NCBI GenBank assembly: GCA_016719485.1
Contig: JADJZB010000028.1
Span: 173,898 to 237,897 of the forward strand
Reading direction: 5' to 3'
DNA from: Holophagales bacterium
GTDB lineage: Bacteria; Acidobacteriota; Thermoanaerobaculia; UBA5066
DNA length: 64,000 nucleotides
In this document: one piece after another, positions 39,335-47,553 of the stretch
Position numbering within the stretch: position 1 is the first letter of the stretch
How the letters are laid out: each line of letters starts with the position of its first letter
Notes under the pieces: model-generated
The model's input: only the letters and a program-made list of their open reading frames with translations
Told to the model about the DNA's origin: nothing
Database searches by the model: none
Translations under genes and position numbers: made by a program

Positions 39335-39451
39335 GGGCGGTCCCCCTCCCGGACGGCAGCTCCTCCCCACATCATGCCGGGCCGGGAGTCTAAGGCATCG
39401 GCGTGAAGCCCGCCGGCCGGCGCACCGATTTGTCCGTGCCTCCCGTGTCTC

Positions 39452-40288
39452 ATGGGAGACTGGGGCGTGAGGTCGACGCTCTGGATCGTCCTGAAACCGT
39501 TGCTCCTCACGCTTGCGCTCGGCGCACCTCGAACCCAGGTCCACGCCGCTCCTCATCCCCGCGAGGTCCGCATCGCCGCCGCGGCAGACCTGAAGTTCGC
39601 TCTCGACGCCGTCCTCGCCGGCACGGCCGCATCGACGCGGGGGATCCGTCCCGTCGTCACGTACGGCTCTTCCGGGAGCTTCTACGCGCAGATCGAGAAC
39701 GGCGCCCCGTTCGACCTGTTCCTGTCCGCCGACGCCGAGTACCCGAGGCGCCTCGCGGCGAAAGGGCTCGGCGACGGGGAGCCGTTCCTCTACGCCGTCG
39801 GACGGATCGCGCTCTGGGTTCCCGCAGGTTCGAAGCTGGACGTCGCCGCGCTCGGCCTTCGCGCCCTCCTCGACCCTTCGGTCCGAAAGGTCGCCATCGC
39901 GAACCCCCGCCATGCTCCGTACGGCCGTGCCGCCGAGGCCGCCATGAAGGCGCTCGGGGTGTACGAGGACGTGAAAGGCAAGCTCGTCCTCGGAGAGAAC
40001 GTCGCGCAGGCCGCGCAGTTCGTCCAGAGCGGGGCGGCGGACGCGGGCATCGTCGCTCTCCCGCTCGCCCTCGCGCCGCACATGCGTTCGAGCGGGCGGC
40101 ACGTCGAGATCCCCGTCGCGAGCTATCCGCGCATGGACCAGGGAGGCCTCGTCCTGAAAGGGGCGCGTGAGCCCGCTGCCGCTCGCATCCTGCGCGACGC
40201 CCTCCTCGGCGCGCGGGGCCGCGCCATTCTCGAAGAGCACGGGTTCTTCCTCCCGGCGCCTCTCGCCGCACCCCTCTCCGCGCCTTGA
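39452..40288 (+). CDS. modA: Molybdate-type ABC substrate-binding protein (ModA family), no adjacent modBC
   Basis: Track ORF 278 aa: ...RIAAAADLKFALD...TYGSSGSFYAQIENGAPFDLFLSAD...KVAIANPRHAPYGRAA... Confidence 0.85.
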   Translation: MGDWGVRSTLWIVLKPLLLTLALGAPRTQVHAAPHPREVRIAAAADLKFALDAVLAGTAASTRGIRPVVTYGSSGSFYAQIENGAPFDLFLSADAEYPRRLAAKGLGDGEPFLYAVGRIALWVPAGSKLDVAALGLRALLDPSVRKVAIANPRHAPYGRAAEAAMKALGVYEDVKGKLVLGENVAQAAQFVQSGAADAGIVALPLALAPHMRSSGRHVEIPVASYPRMDQGGLVLKGAREPAAARILRDALLGARGRAILEEHGFFLPAPLAAPLSAP

Positions 40289-40323
40289 CGAGGGCTCCGA
40301 GGCGGAGCTACCGTCGTTCCCGT

Positions 40324-40752
40324 ATGGACAGCCCGCTGAATCGCACCCTCGGCGTCACGAAGGCGCTCGCGAATCCGGCCCGAATCCGGGTCCTCGCCGC
40401 ACTGGAAAAGGGCGAGTGCTGCGTCTGCCAGCTGACGGCCGTCCTCGACCTCGCCCCGTCGACCGTTTCGGCCCACCTCGCCGAGCTTCGGCGGGCAGGC
40501 TTCCTCCTCGACCGCAAGGACGGAAAGATCGTCTTCTACCGCCTCTCGGAGCGGCCCGATCTGAAGACCTGGCTGAAGGCGACCTTCACGGGGATCCAGA
40601 ACGACGAGAAGGTCGCGGCCGATCGCGCTTTCCTCGAGCGGGTCAAGGCGATCGACGTCGAGACGTTCTGCGGTGCCGGCCCTCGCTGGAAGCTCCTTCC
40701 CGCGTTCCGTCCCGCGCCGAAGCGGCCGCCGTCCGCGCGGAAACCGGGCTGA
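40324..40752 (+). CDS. arsR: ArsR/SmtB family transcriptional regulator (paralog 3)
   Basis: MDSPLNRTLGVTKALANPARIRVLAALEKGECCVCQLTAVLDLAPSTVSAHLAELRRAGFL... (CCVC motif). An alternative TTG start at 40285 overlaps the modA stop. Confidence 0.8.
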   Translation: MDSPLNRTLGVTKALANPARIRVLAALEKGECCVCQLTAVLDLAPSTVSAHLAELRRAGFLLDRKDGKIVFYRLSERPDLKTWLKATFTGIQNDEKVAADRAFLERVKAIDVETFCGAGPRWKLLPAFRPAPKRPPSARKPG

Positions 40753-40764
40753 CGACCGGGCGGT

Positions 40765-40807
40765 TCATCAGGCCATCAGGCCATTAGACCTCCGCCGGTC
40801 CTGATGG
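40765..40807. repeat. Tandem (T/C)CATCAGG x2 plus inverted copy CCTGATGG (hairpin) just after arsR3
   Basis: tcatcagg 40765-40772, ccatcagg 40773-40780, cctgatgg 40800-40807; an 8-bp stem with a 19-nt loop and no U-tract. Confidence 0.4.
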
Positions 40808-41007
40808 ACGGGTGCCGACGGTGCTGGTTCCAGGCGCGCCGGCAGGGCCCGCACCCACGCAATCCATTCCCCTGGAAGCGATTGAGCCATTCGACCCGTT
40901 AGGCGACCCGGCTCCGCCCCACCCGGCTCCCGCGACGCCGTCGCGACTTCGTCGTATCGGGAAATGATGAAAACTCATCGTTGAGGCCGGAAACGGATCG
41001 CGGCATC

Positions 41008-41027
41008 ATTTCGACGCCTCGCGAAAT
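41008..41027. promoter_or_regulatory. Inverted repeat ATTTCG-N8-CGAAAT overlapping the arsR4 ATG (candidate ArsR operator, twin of 1031-1050)
   Basis: ATTTCG 41008-41013 and CGAAAT 41022-41027. Preceded by TTGAGG (40981-40986) at nearly the same distance as TTGACC in front of arsR1. Confidence 0.45.
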
Positions 41028-41493
41028 GCCGACCTCACCGCTCTCCCGCCTCCTCGACACATCGAAGGTCCTCGCGAACCGCGCGCGGCTGCGGATCCTC
41101 GCCACGCTCGAAGGAAACGAGCTCTGCGTCGGCCAGGTCGCGGCGATCTTCGACATCGCCCGCTCGACGGCGTCCGAGCACCTCTCCGCCCTCCGGCGCG
41201 TCGGGCTCGTCGCCGAACGTCGGGACGGCAAGTTCGTCTACTACTCCCTCACCGTCGACGAGCACGCGCGGAAGTTTTCCGACGTCGTCCTGGCCGAGCT
41301 CTCCACCGACGCCGCCGTCCGGAAAGACCGCGACCTGACAGCTCGAATCCTCGCGCTGCCGCACGACCTCGTCTGCGAGCAGGGCCGCGCGGCCCTCCTC
41401 GCCCCGATCTCCCCGGCCGCCCCGGCGGCCGATCCGGATTCTCCGTCCTGCTCGGCATCACATCCGAACACCGACCCACAGGAGGCTCCATGA
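41026..41493 (+). CDS. ArsR/SmtB family transcriptional regulator (paralog 4, CVC site degenerate)
   Basis: MPTSPLSRLLDTSKVLANRARLRILATLEGNELCVGQVAAIFDIARSTASEHLSALRRVGLV...; internal ATG of track ORF 40981..41493. Confidence 0.75.
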   Translation: MPTSPLSRLLDTSKVLANRARLRILATLEGNELCVGQVAAIFDIARSTASEHLSALRRVGLVAERRDGKFVYYSLTVDEHARKFSDVVLAELSTDAAVRKDRDLTARILALPHDLVCEQGRAALLAPISPAAPAADPDSPSCSASHPNTDPQEAP

Positions 41494-42395
41494 CACAGGC
41501 CCGGCCCTCCCCGGAAGGCCCGCCCCGCGTCCCCGGGTGGATGCATCAGGGCGGACTCCTCCTCGCGGCGGGCGCCCTCCTCGCCCTTCTCCCGGCGCCG
41601 CCCGCGGTGGCCGCCGCCGAGAGCCCCTGTGCACCCTGCCACGCCGAGCAGGTGGACGCGGCCTCGAAGGGGCCGCACGCCGGCATCGCCACGCGCGAGG
41701 CGCGGTACTGCGAGAGCTGTCACGGCGACGCGGCGAAGCATCTCGAGAGCGGCTCTGCCGCCGACATCGTCGGCAAGGCGGCTCTTGCGAAGGCGGACGC
41801 GAAGGCCCGTTCCAGGGCGTGCCTCACCTGCCACCGGAGCGGCTTCCCGGGGTGGGAGGGGACGCCCCACTCCCGCAGTGCCGACGTCTCCTGCTGGAGC
41901 TGCCACGGGGATTCGTGGCACGACGCCAAGGGCAAGGCGGCGAAGAAGCGGGGCGAGAGCGCCTGCGCCTCCTGCCACGTCGAGCAGGTCAGCGAGTTCC
42001 GGCGCGTCTACCGCCACCCCGTCCTCGAGGGACGGATGGGCTGCGCCTCCTGCCACGACGTCCACGGCAAGACCGCCGGCGGGAAGAAGGGCCCCGAGAG
42101 CAACTGCCTCGAGTGCCACCCCGAGGCCGCTGGCCCGTGGGTCTTCCCGCACCGGGCGATGGAAGACGGCTGCTCCTCGTGCCACGTCCCGCACGGCTCG
42201 GTGAATCGCAGTCTCCTGAAGACCTCGGGCAACGGCGTCTGCCTCACCTGCCACGTCCAGACCAACTTCCCGGCCGCCGGCAAGATCCCGCACAACCGCT
42301 ACCTGCAGGGGGGCGGCAAGTGCATCGACTGCCACAGCGAGGTCCACGGCTCCAACGTGGACGAGCTGATGGCGCCGCAGTACCGCAAGCGCTGA
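41490..42395 (+). CDS. Periplasmic decahaem c-type cytochrome, MtrA/DmsE-like
   Basis: Track ORF 301 aa with a signal peptide and ten CxxCH motifs: CAPCH, CESCH, CLTCH, CWSCH, CASCH, CASCH, CLECH, CSSCH, CLTCH, CIDCH. The ATG overlaps the arsR4 stop (ATGA); an alternative ATG lies at 41541. Confidence 0.85.
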   Translation: MTQARPSPEGPPRVPGWMHQGGLLLAAGALLALLPAPPAVAAAESPCAPCHAEQVDAASKGPHAGIATREARYCESCHGDAAKHLESGSAADIVGKAALAKADAKARSRACLTCHRSGFPGWEGTPHSRSADVSCWSCHGDSWHDAKGKAAKKRGESACASCHVEQVSEFRRVYRHPVLEGRMGCASCHDVHGKTAGGKKGPESNCLECHPEAAGPWVFPHRAMEDGCSSCHVPHGSVNRSLLKTSGNGVCLTCHVQTNFPAAGKIPHNRYLQGGGKCIDCHSEVHGSNVDELMAPQYRKR

Positions 42396-42405
42396 GGAGG
42401 AGACG

Positions 42406-44335
42406 ATGAAGAAGAGCTTCCTCCTCCCGCTCGCCCTCACGACAGCCTTCGCCGTCGCGCTCCCTGTCACGGCCGAAGACGCCCCGAAGACCAGCACCAC
42501 CGACGTCACCCTCGCCGGCGTCGCCGGCATCGAGGACGGCGACGACGGCCGGCGGGACGACCACGAGGGCTACCGCAACGGCGTCCTCGTCGGCCTCGAG
42601 CACAGGTCCAGGGGGCTCGAGATCGGCCTGCGCTTCGAGCCGACCACCGCCGGCTGGCTCGACCTGACCTACCGGCCGGAGAGCCCCTTCCGCCTCGAGC
42701 TGACGCTCGACCGGACCCGGCGCTACTCCGACACCTCCATCCGGCCGGAGACCACGCCGCTCGGGACGCCCGTCTCCACCCTCTACCCGAACACGAACAC
42801 CCTCCATCCGGGCGTCGGCCCCGACGACCCGGTTGCCACGCGGACCCGCTTCAAGGTCCGCGCGGCCTGGCTCCCCTCGGCGGGCGTCGTCGACTTCACC
42901 GTCCGCGGCGTCGACCTCGGCGGCGAGCGGGTCCCCGAGGCTCAGGGCTTCGCCTTCGGCGACTCGGGCGCGCCGGCCTTCTTCAGCCCGGCCCTTGCGG
43001 AACTCGACACGCAGCTCCTCGAAGGAGCCCTCGGCGCCAGGCTGCGCCTCCTCTGCATCGACTGGAACGCCCGCGTCGCCCTCGGGAAGCGCACGAGCGA
43101 CTCCCTCACCACGACGCCCGTCTTCGGCACGGCGAGCCTCCTCGAGCTCTACCGCGGCGGCGAAGGGCACGACGCCGACTACGTCCAGGCCCACCTGACC
43201 GCCGCCAACCAGTACGAGCACGTCCAGCTCGCCGGCGGCGTCCACTACGACAAGGTCGAGTCGACCCCGACCTTCACCGGCGGCCACGAGCGCCGCCGGG
43301 CAGGTCGTGCGCGACGCCCTGACGAACGGCGTTTCCGACGTCACCCGCCAGGGAGCCGCCGGCGCCGTCTCCGTCCAGCCCTTCGGCGGCTTCGACGTGA
43401 GGGTGACCGGCCGCATCGGCAAGGAGGAGACCGAAGCCTCCGGCACCGAGACCGTCAGGAGCCGCACCTACGCCCTCACCCAGAACCAGGACCTCGACAC
43501 CTGGGCCGTCCGCGGCGAGCTCGGCTACCGCACCGGCGGCTTCCGCGCCTCGGTCCTGGGCGGGCGCGAGGAGACCACCAACGACCTCCTCTTCGTCCGC
43601 GGGACCGGCCTGCAGCAGCAGGAAAACGAGCGGACGAAGGACTCCCTGCGCGGCGAGCTGCGCTACAAGGCGGGCGCCTTCCGCATCGCCCTGCAGGGCG
43701 GACGCACCTGGGACGAGACCACCATCGAGCTGGCCGACCTCCTCAACGGCTATGCCACGGGCCCGAAGGAATCGACCTTCGACTCCGTCTCCGGCTCCCT
43801 CAGCGGCAAGCTCGGCAAGGCCCCCTTCACCGTGATGGCCTCCTGGGGCCGGGGCGTCGCCGACCTCGAGGCGCCGTTCTACGAGCCCTTCTACGACCCC
43901 ACCTGGGTCCTCGGCACGGCCCGCGCCGAGACCGAAGCCACCAGCGTCGTCCTGCACGCCGGCACCCCCGGCGGCTCGGCCTTCGAGCTCTGGGGCGAGA
44001 TCGGCTTCCGGAGCCAGAGCTGGGAGTTCCCCGACGCGGTCACCTTCCCCGGCTTCGTCAACACCGACGAGGAGGTCAACGGCGTCACCGGGGCGCTCGG
44101 CCTCGACTGGACACCGGGAGACGGATGGCGTGCCGGCCTCTCGGGCTGGCTCGACGCTCCTTCCGAGTCCACCGACCACCAGGCGTGGCGCGTGGAAGGA
44201 ATTGTCGAGAAGAGCCTCTCGAAGACCTTCGACGCCCTCCTGAGGATCCAGTACCGCGACTTCGACGAAGCCCTCTACAACCTCGACGACTACACCCTGA
44301 CGGCCTTCACCTTCGGCGTGAAGGGCCACTTCTGA
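42406..44335 (+). pseudogene. MtrB/PioB-like outer-membrane beta-barrel porin, frame broken near 43290
   Basis: N-terminal part in track ORF 42406..44748 (signal peptide MKKSFLLPLALTTAFAVALPVTA, alternating beta-strand-like sequence up to ...HYDKVESTPTFTGGH). C-terminal part in ORF 43307..44335 (...VVRDALTNGVSDVTRQGAAG...YTLTAFTFGVKGHF, terminal Phe). Combined length is about 643 aa. Confidence 0.7.
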
Positions 44336-44349
44336 GAGAGGAAGGACCG

Positions 44350-44748
44350 ATGAGCAGGAAAGCCACCTTCGTGGCCCTCGCCCTCCTCCCGCTCCTCGCC
44401 CTCGCCTCCGCGCCCTTCACGGGCGCCGACGCGGCGGCGGTGAACGCGACGGCGATCCACGACCCCCAGAGCCCCTCCTACAAATCCGACTGCCTGACCT
44501 GCCACGCCGCGATCCTGAAGGAGAGCTCCCAGGACCCGCGGGTGCAGACGTTCCACAACGCCATGCTCCCCTTCACCCCGGGCTACAACCCGCGCAAGGG
44601 TCCAGACAACAAGAACTGCGTCTTCTGCCACCGCGCCGCCATCGACTTTACCCAGGAGTCCGGCGCCGAGCTGCGCCGCACGGTCTCCGTCGAGGCCTGC
44701 GTTTCCTGCCACTCCCGCTCGGGCCCCGGCCCGGTCTACTACAAGTAG
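44350..44748 (+). CDS. Small secreted trihaem c-type cytochrome
   Basis: MSRKATFVALALLPLLALASAPF... with CLTCH, CVFCH and CVSCH; tail of track ORF 42406..44748. Confidence 0.8.
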   Translation: MSRKATFVALALLPLLALASAPFTGADAAAVNATAIHDPQSPSYKSDCLTCHAAILKESSQDPRVQTFHNAMLPFTPGYNPRKGPDNKNCVFCHRAAIDFTQESGAELRRTVSVEACVSCHSRSGPGPVYYK

Positions 44749-44757
44749 GAGCAGAGG

Positions 44758-45300
44758 ATGAGCACGTACGGATTCCTCGTCGACCTCGGGCTCTGCATCT
44801 CCTGCTCGGCCTGCGAGGCCGCCTGCAAGACCTGGAACAACGTCCCCACCGGCCGCAACGTCCGCTGGCGCCGGGTCATCGACCAGGTCCTCGGCGTCTG
44901 GCCGAAGGTGACGACCTACGGCGTCTCGATGGCCTGCAACCACTGCGCCGACGCCCCCTGCGTCAAGGCGTGCCCCTCCGGCGCCCTGACGGTCCGCACC
45001 AAGGACGGCATCGTCCTGCTGGACAAGACCAAGTGCATCGGCTGCCGCTACTGCGAGTCGGTCTGCCCGTACGGCGCCCCGCAGTACGACGCCACCGAGA
45101 AGAAGATGTCCAAGTGCACGATGTGCGTCGACCGGATCGATGCGGGCAAGGAGCCGGCCTGCGTCGACACCTGCCCGACCGGAGCGCTGCAGTTCGGAAA
45201 GCTCGTCGACATCGACCACGAGGGCGTCAAGCAGATCCCGAACTTCGCCGAACCCTCCTACACCAACCCCTCGATCCGCTTCGTGCCGAAGGAGGGATGA
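44758..45300 (+). CDS. 4Fe-4S ferredoxin-type electron-transfer subunit of a molybdopterin oxidoreductase (DmsB/PsrB/ArrB-like)
   Basis: Track ORF 180 aa: CISCSACEAAC, CNHCADAPCVKACP, CIGCRYCESVCP, CTMCVDR...CVDTCP. Confidence 0.9.
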   Translation: MSTYGFLVDLGLCISCSACEAACKTWNNVPTGRNVRWRRVIDQVLGVWPKVTTYGVSMACNHCADAPCVKACPSGALTVRTKDGIVLLDKTKCIGCRYCESVCPYGAPQYDATEKKMSKCTMCVDRIDAGKEPACVDTCPTGALQFGKLVDIDHEGVKQIPNFAEPSYTNPSIRFVPKEG

Positions 45301-45301
45301 G

Positions 45302-47551
45302 ATGAACACTCTCGACGCGAACCGGCGCGAGTTCCTCAAGACATCCGGCACCGCTCTCGCCGGCGCCGCCGTCCTTCCCGGTTTTCTCGACGGCATCGTC
45401 CGCAAGGCCTCCGGGCCCGTCCCCCTCGCCGACACGGCGACGCAGATCATCAGCGACTGTGCCTGGTGCGGCTCGGCCTGCGGCATGAAGGCGACGGTGT
45501 CGGGCGGCGTCCTGACGTTCGTCGAGGGGCTCCCCGAGGACATCCAGGGCGGCGGGAAGATGTGCGCCAAGGGGAAGGCCGCCACCGGCTACCTCTACGA
45601 CCCCGACCGTCTCAAGTACCCGATGAAGCGGACGAACCCGGTCAAGGGTGTCGGCGTCGACGCCGGCTGGGTCCGCATCACCTGGGACGAGGCGCTCGAC
45701 CTCGCCACCGCGAAGCTGAAGGAGACGATCGAGAAGAACGGGCGCGACAGCGTCATGATCCTCGGCCTGGCGAGCCCCGACGTCTGGGCCCGATTCCAGA
45801 ACTGCATCGGCACGTCGAACCGGTTCGACCACTGGGACGAGTGCTTCCTCGCGAACCGCGTCGTCTCCGCAAACGTCATCGGCGGCTTCGTCTGGGGCCA
45901 CGACTTCGCGAACGCGAAGTACATCGTCACGTTCGGATGGGACGTCGTCGGGAAGGCGAAAGTCGTCTGGGCCCGCGCCGTCACCGACGCCAAGAAGAAG
46001 GGGGCGAAGATCGTCTCCTTCAACCCGTACAAGGCGGCCGGGACCTCCGTCGTCGCCGACGAGGCGATCTCGATCCGCCCCGGGTCGGACCTCGCCGTCG
46101 TCAACGCGATGATCCACGTGATCCTCGCCGAGAACCTCTACGACAAGGCCTTCGTCGAGGGGCTGACGAACTTCCCGCAGTACGAGACCGAGATCCGCGC
46201 CCACTTCGCGCCTTACACGCCGGAATGGGCCGAGGCGCTCTCCGACGTCCCCGCCGAAACGATCACCCGGATCGCCCGCGAGTTCGCGACGAACGGCCCT
46301 GCGATCGCCCCGATCCACAAGAAGACCCCGTCGGCCAACTACGCCAACGGCAGCGAGACGACGTTCGCCATCACGATCCTGAACGTCCTCGCCGGGACGA
46401 TCGACCGGCCGGGCGGACGCTTCTTCCCGCGGACGCACACGATCCCCGGGATCGACGCCATCGTCCCGCCGCCGGCCTACCCGGCCAAGAGCGGCGTCGA
46501 CATCGTCGGGCGCCACCGCCACCCGTTCCTCAAGGCCGTTGGAAGCGGCATGTTCTCGTGCCTGGCGGACGGCCTGCGAAAGAACCCCGGCAAGATCCAG
46601 ATGGGGATCATCACCCGCTACTCGACGATGGCCTTCCCGAATCCGCCCGAGGTCGAGGCAGAGCTGAAGAAGATCCCCTTCACGGTCGTCTGCGACATCT
46701 TCCCCAACGAGATCATCGAGCTGGCCGACGTCGTCCTCCCCTCGGCCCTCTACCTCGAGGTCTCCGACCTCGTCGCCCGCGACCACCACGCCCCCTACAA
46801 GATGACCGTCGTGAGGCAGCCCGTCGTCCCGCCGCAGTTCGAGACGAAGCCGCTCGGCTCCATCCTCCTGGCGTGGGGCCTCAAGGCCTTCCCCGAATAC
46901 TGGAAGAACCCCGACGGGACGCCGATCAACATGGGATACGTCCTCGACGAGAAGACGAAGCGTGCCGGCCTCGGAGCGAACTTCGCCGAGATGAAGGCGA
47001 AGGGATTCGTGAAGGAGGTCGCGCCCTTCGTCCCGCGGACGTCGTTCCCGACGGCGAGCGGGAAGATCAACATCTACGTCAAGGCCTTCGCGGATGCCGG
47101 CTTCGAGCCGCTCCCGACGTGGAAGCAGAAGCGCGACGTCCCGAGCAGCCAGTACCCGTTCTATCTCCTCACGATCATTCCCCCGATGCACATCCGCAAT
47201 ACCACGGAGAACAACCGGATCACGAACGAGATCAAGGGGACGAACGAGGTCTTCATCAACGTCCAGACCGCCCGCGGCCTCGGCATCTCCGAGGGCGACA
47301 CGATCAAGGTCCGCTCCCGCGTCGGCGAGATCCAGGTCCCGGCACGCCTCACCGAGGCGATCCGGCCCGACTGCGTCCTCGTCCCGCACGGCTTCGGCCA
47401 CCAGTCGCGCCTCATGACGGCGGCCTACGGCAAGGGCGCCAAGGACGCCATCCTCGTTCCCGGACAGTCGATGGACGACATCCTCGCCCGCAAGGACGTC
47501 GGCGGCGCGGCCTGCATCATGGACGCCGTCGTCTCCATCGCGAAGATCTGA
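45302..47551 (+). CDS. Tat-exported molybdopterin (bis-MGD) oxidoreductase catalytic subunit, DMSO-reductase superfamily, subfamily unassigned
   Basis: MNTLDANRREFLKTSGTALAGAAV (twin-Arg signal), CAWCGSACG...GGGKMCAKG (CX2CX3C..C cluster), FDHWDECFLANR (probable Cys Mo ligand), C-terminal ...FINVQTARGLGISEGDTIKVRSRVGEI... barrel. About 749 aa inside track ORF 45140..47551. Confidence 0.9.
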   Translation: MNTLDANRREFLKTSGTALAGAAVLPGFLDGIVRKASGPVPLADTATQIISDCAWCGSACGMKATVSGGVLTFVEGLPEDIQGGGKMCAKGKAATGYLYDPDRLKYPMKRTNPVKGVGVDAGWVRITWDEALDLATAKLKETIEKNGRDSVMILGLASPDVWARFQNCIGTSNRFDHWDECFLANRVVSANVIGGFVWGHDFANAKYIVTFGWDVVGKAKVVWARAVTDAKKKGAKIVSFNPYKAAGTSVVADEAISIRPGSDLAVVNAMIHVILAENLYDKAFVEGLTNFPQYETEIRAHFAPYTPEWAEALSDVPAETITRIAREFATNGPAIAPIHKKTPSANYANGSETTFAITILNVLAGTIDRPGGRFFPRTHTIPGIDAIVPPPAYPAKSGVDIVGRHRHPFLKAVGSGMFSCLADGLRKNPGKIQMGIITRYSTMAFPNPPEVEAELKKIPFTVVCDIFPNEIIELADVVLPSALYLEVSDLVARDHHAPYKMTVVRQPVVPPQFETKPLGSILLAWGLKAFPEYWKNPDGTPINMGYVLDEKTKRAGLGANFAEMKAKGFVKEVAPFVPRTSFPTASGKINIYVKAFADAGFEPLPTWKQKRDVPSSQYPFYLLTIIPPMHIRNTTENNRITNEIKGTNEVFINVQTARGLGISEGDTIKVRSRVGEIQVPARLTEAIRPDCVLVPHGFGHQSRLMTAAYGKGAKDAILVPGQSMDDILARKDVGGAACIMDAVVSIAKI

Positions 47552-47553
47552 TC

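Noticed and set aside
42406-44748. 780-aa ORF spanning the porin and the trihaem cytochrome.
   Set aside because: The middle ~340 aa are Arg/Pro-rich nonsense, while the alternative frame (43307..44335) encodes the porin C-terminus. The last 132 aa are a separate cytochrome gene with its own RBS and signal peptide.
45302-47551. Calling the molybdoenzyme ArrA (respiratory arsenate reductase) or ArxA because of the ArsR context.
   Set aside because: Gene order (B before A), size and the N-terminal cluster motif do not match what I remember of Arr/Arx. I cannot verify diagnostic residues without an alignment, so I kept it as an unassigned DMSOR-family member.
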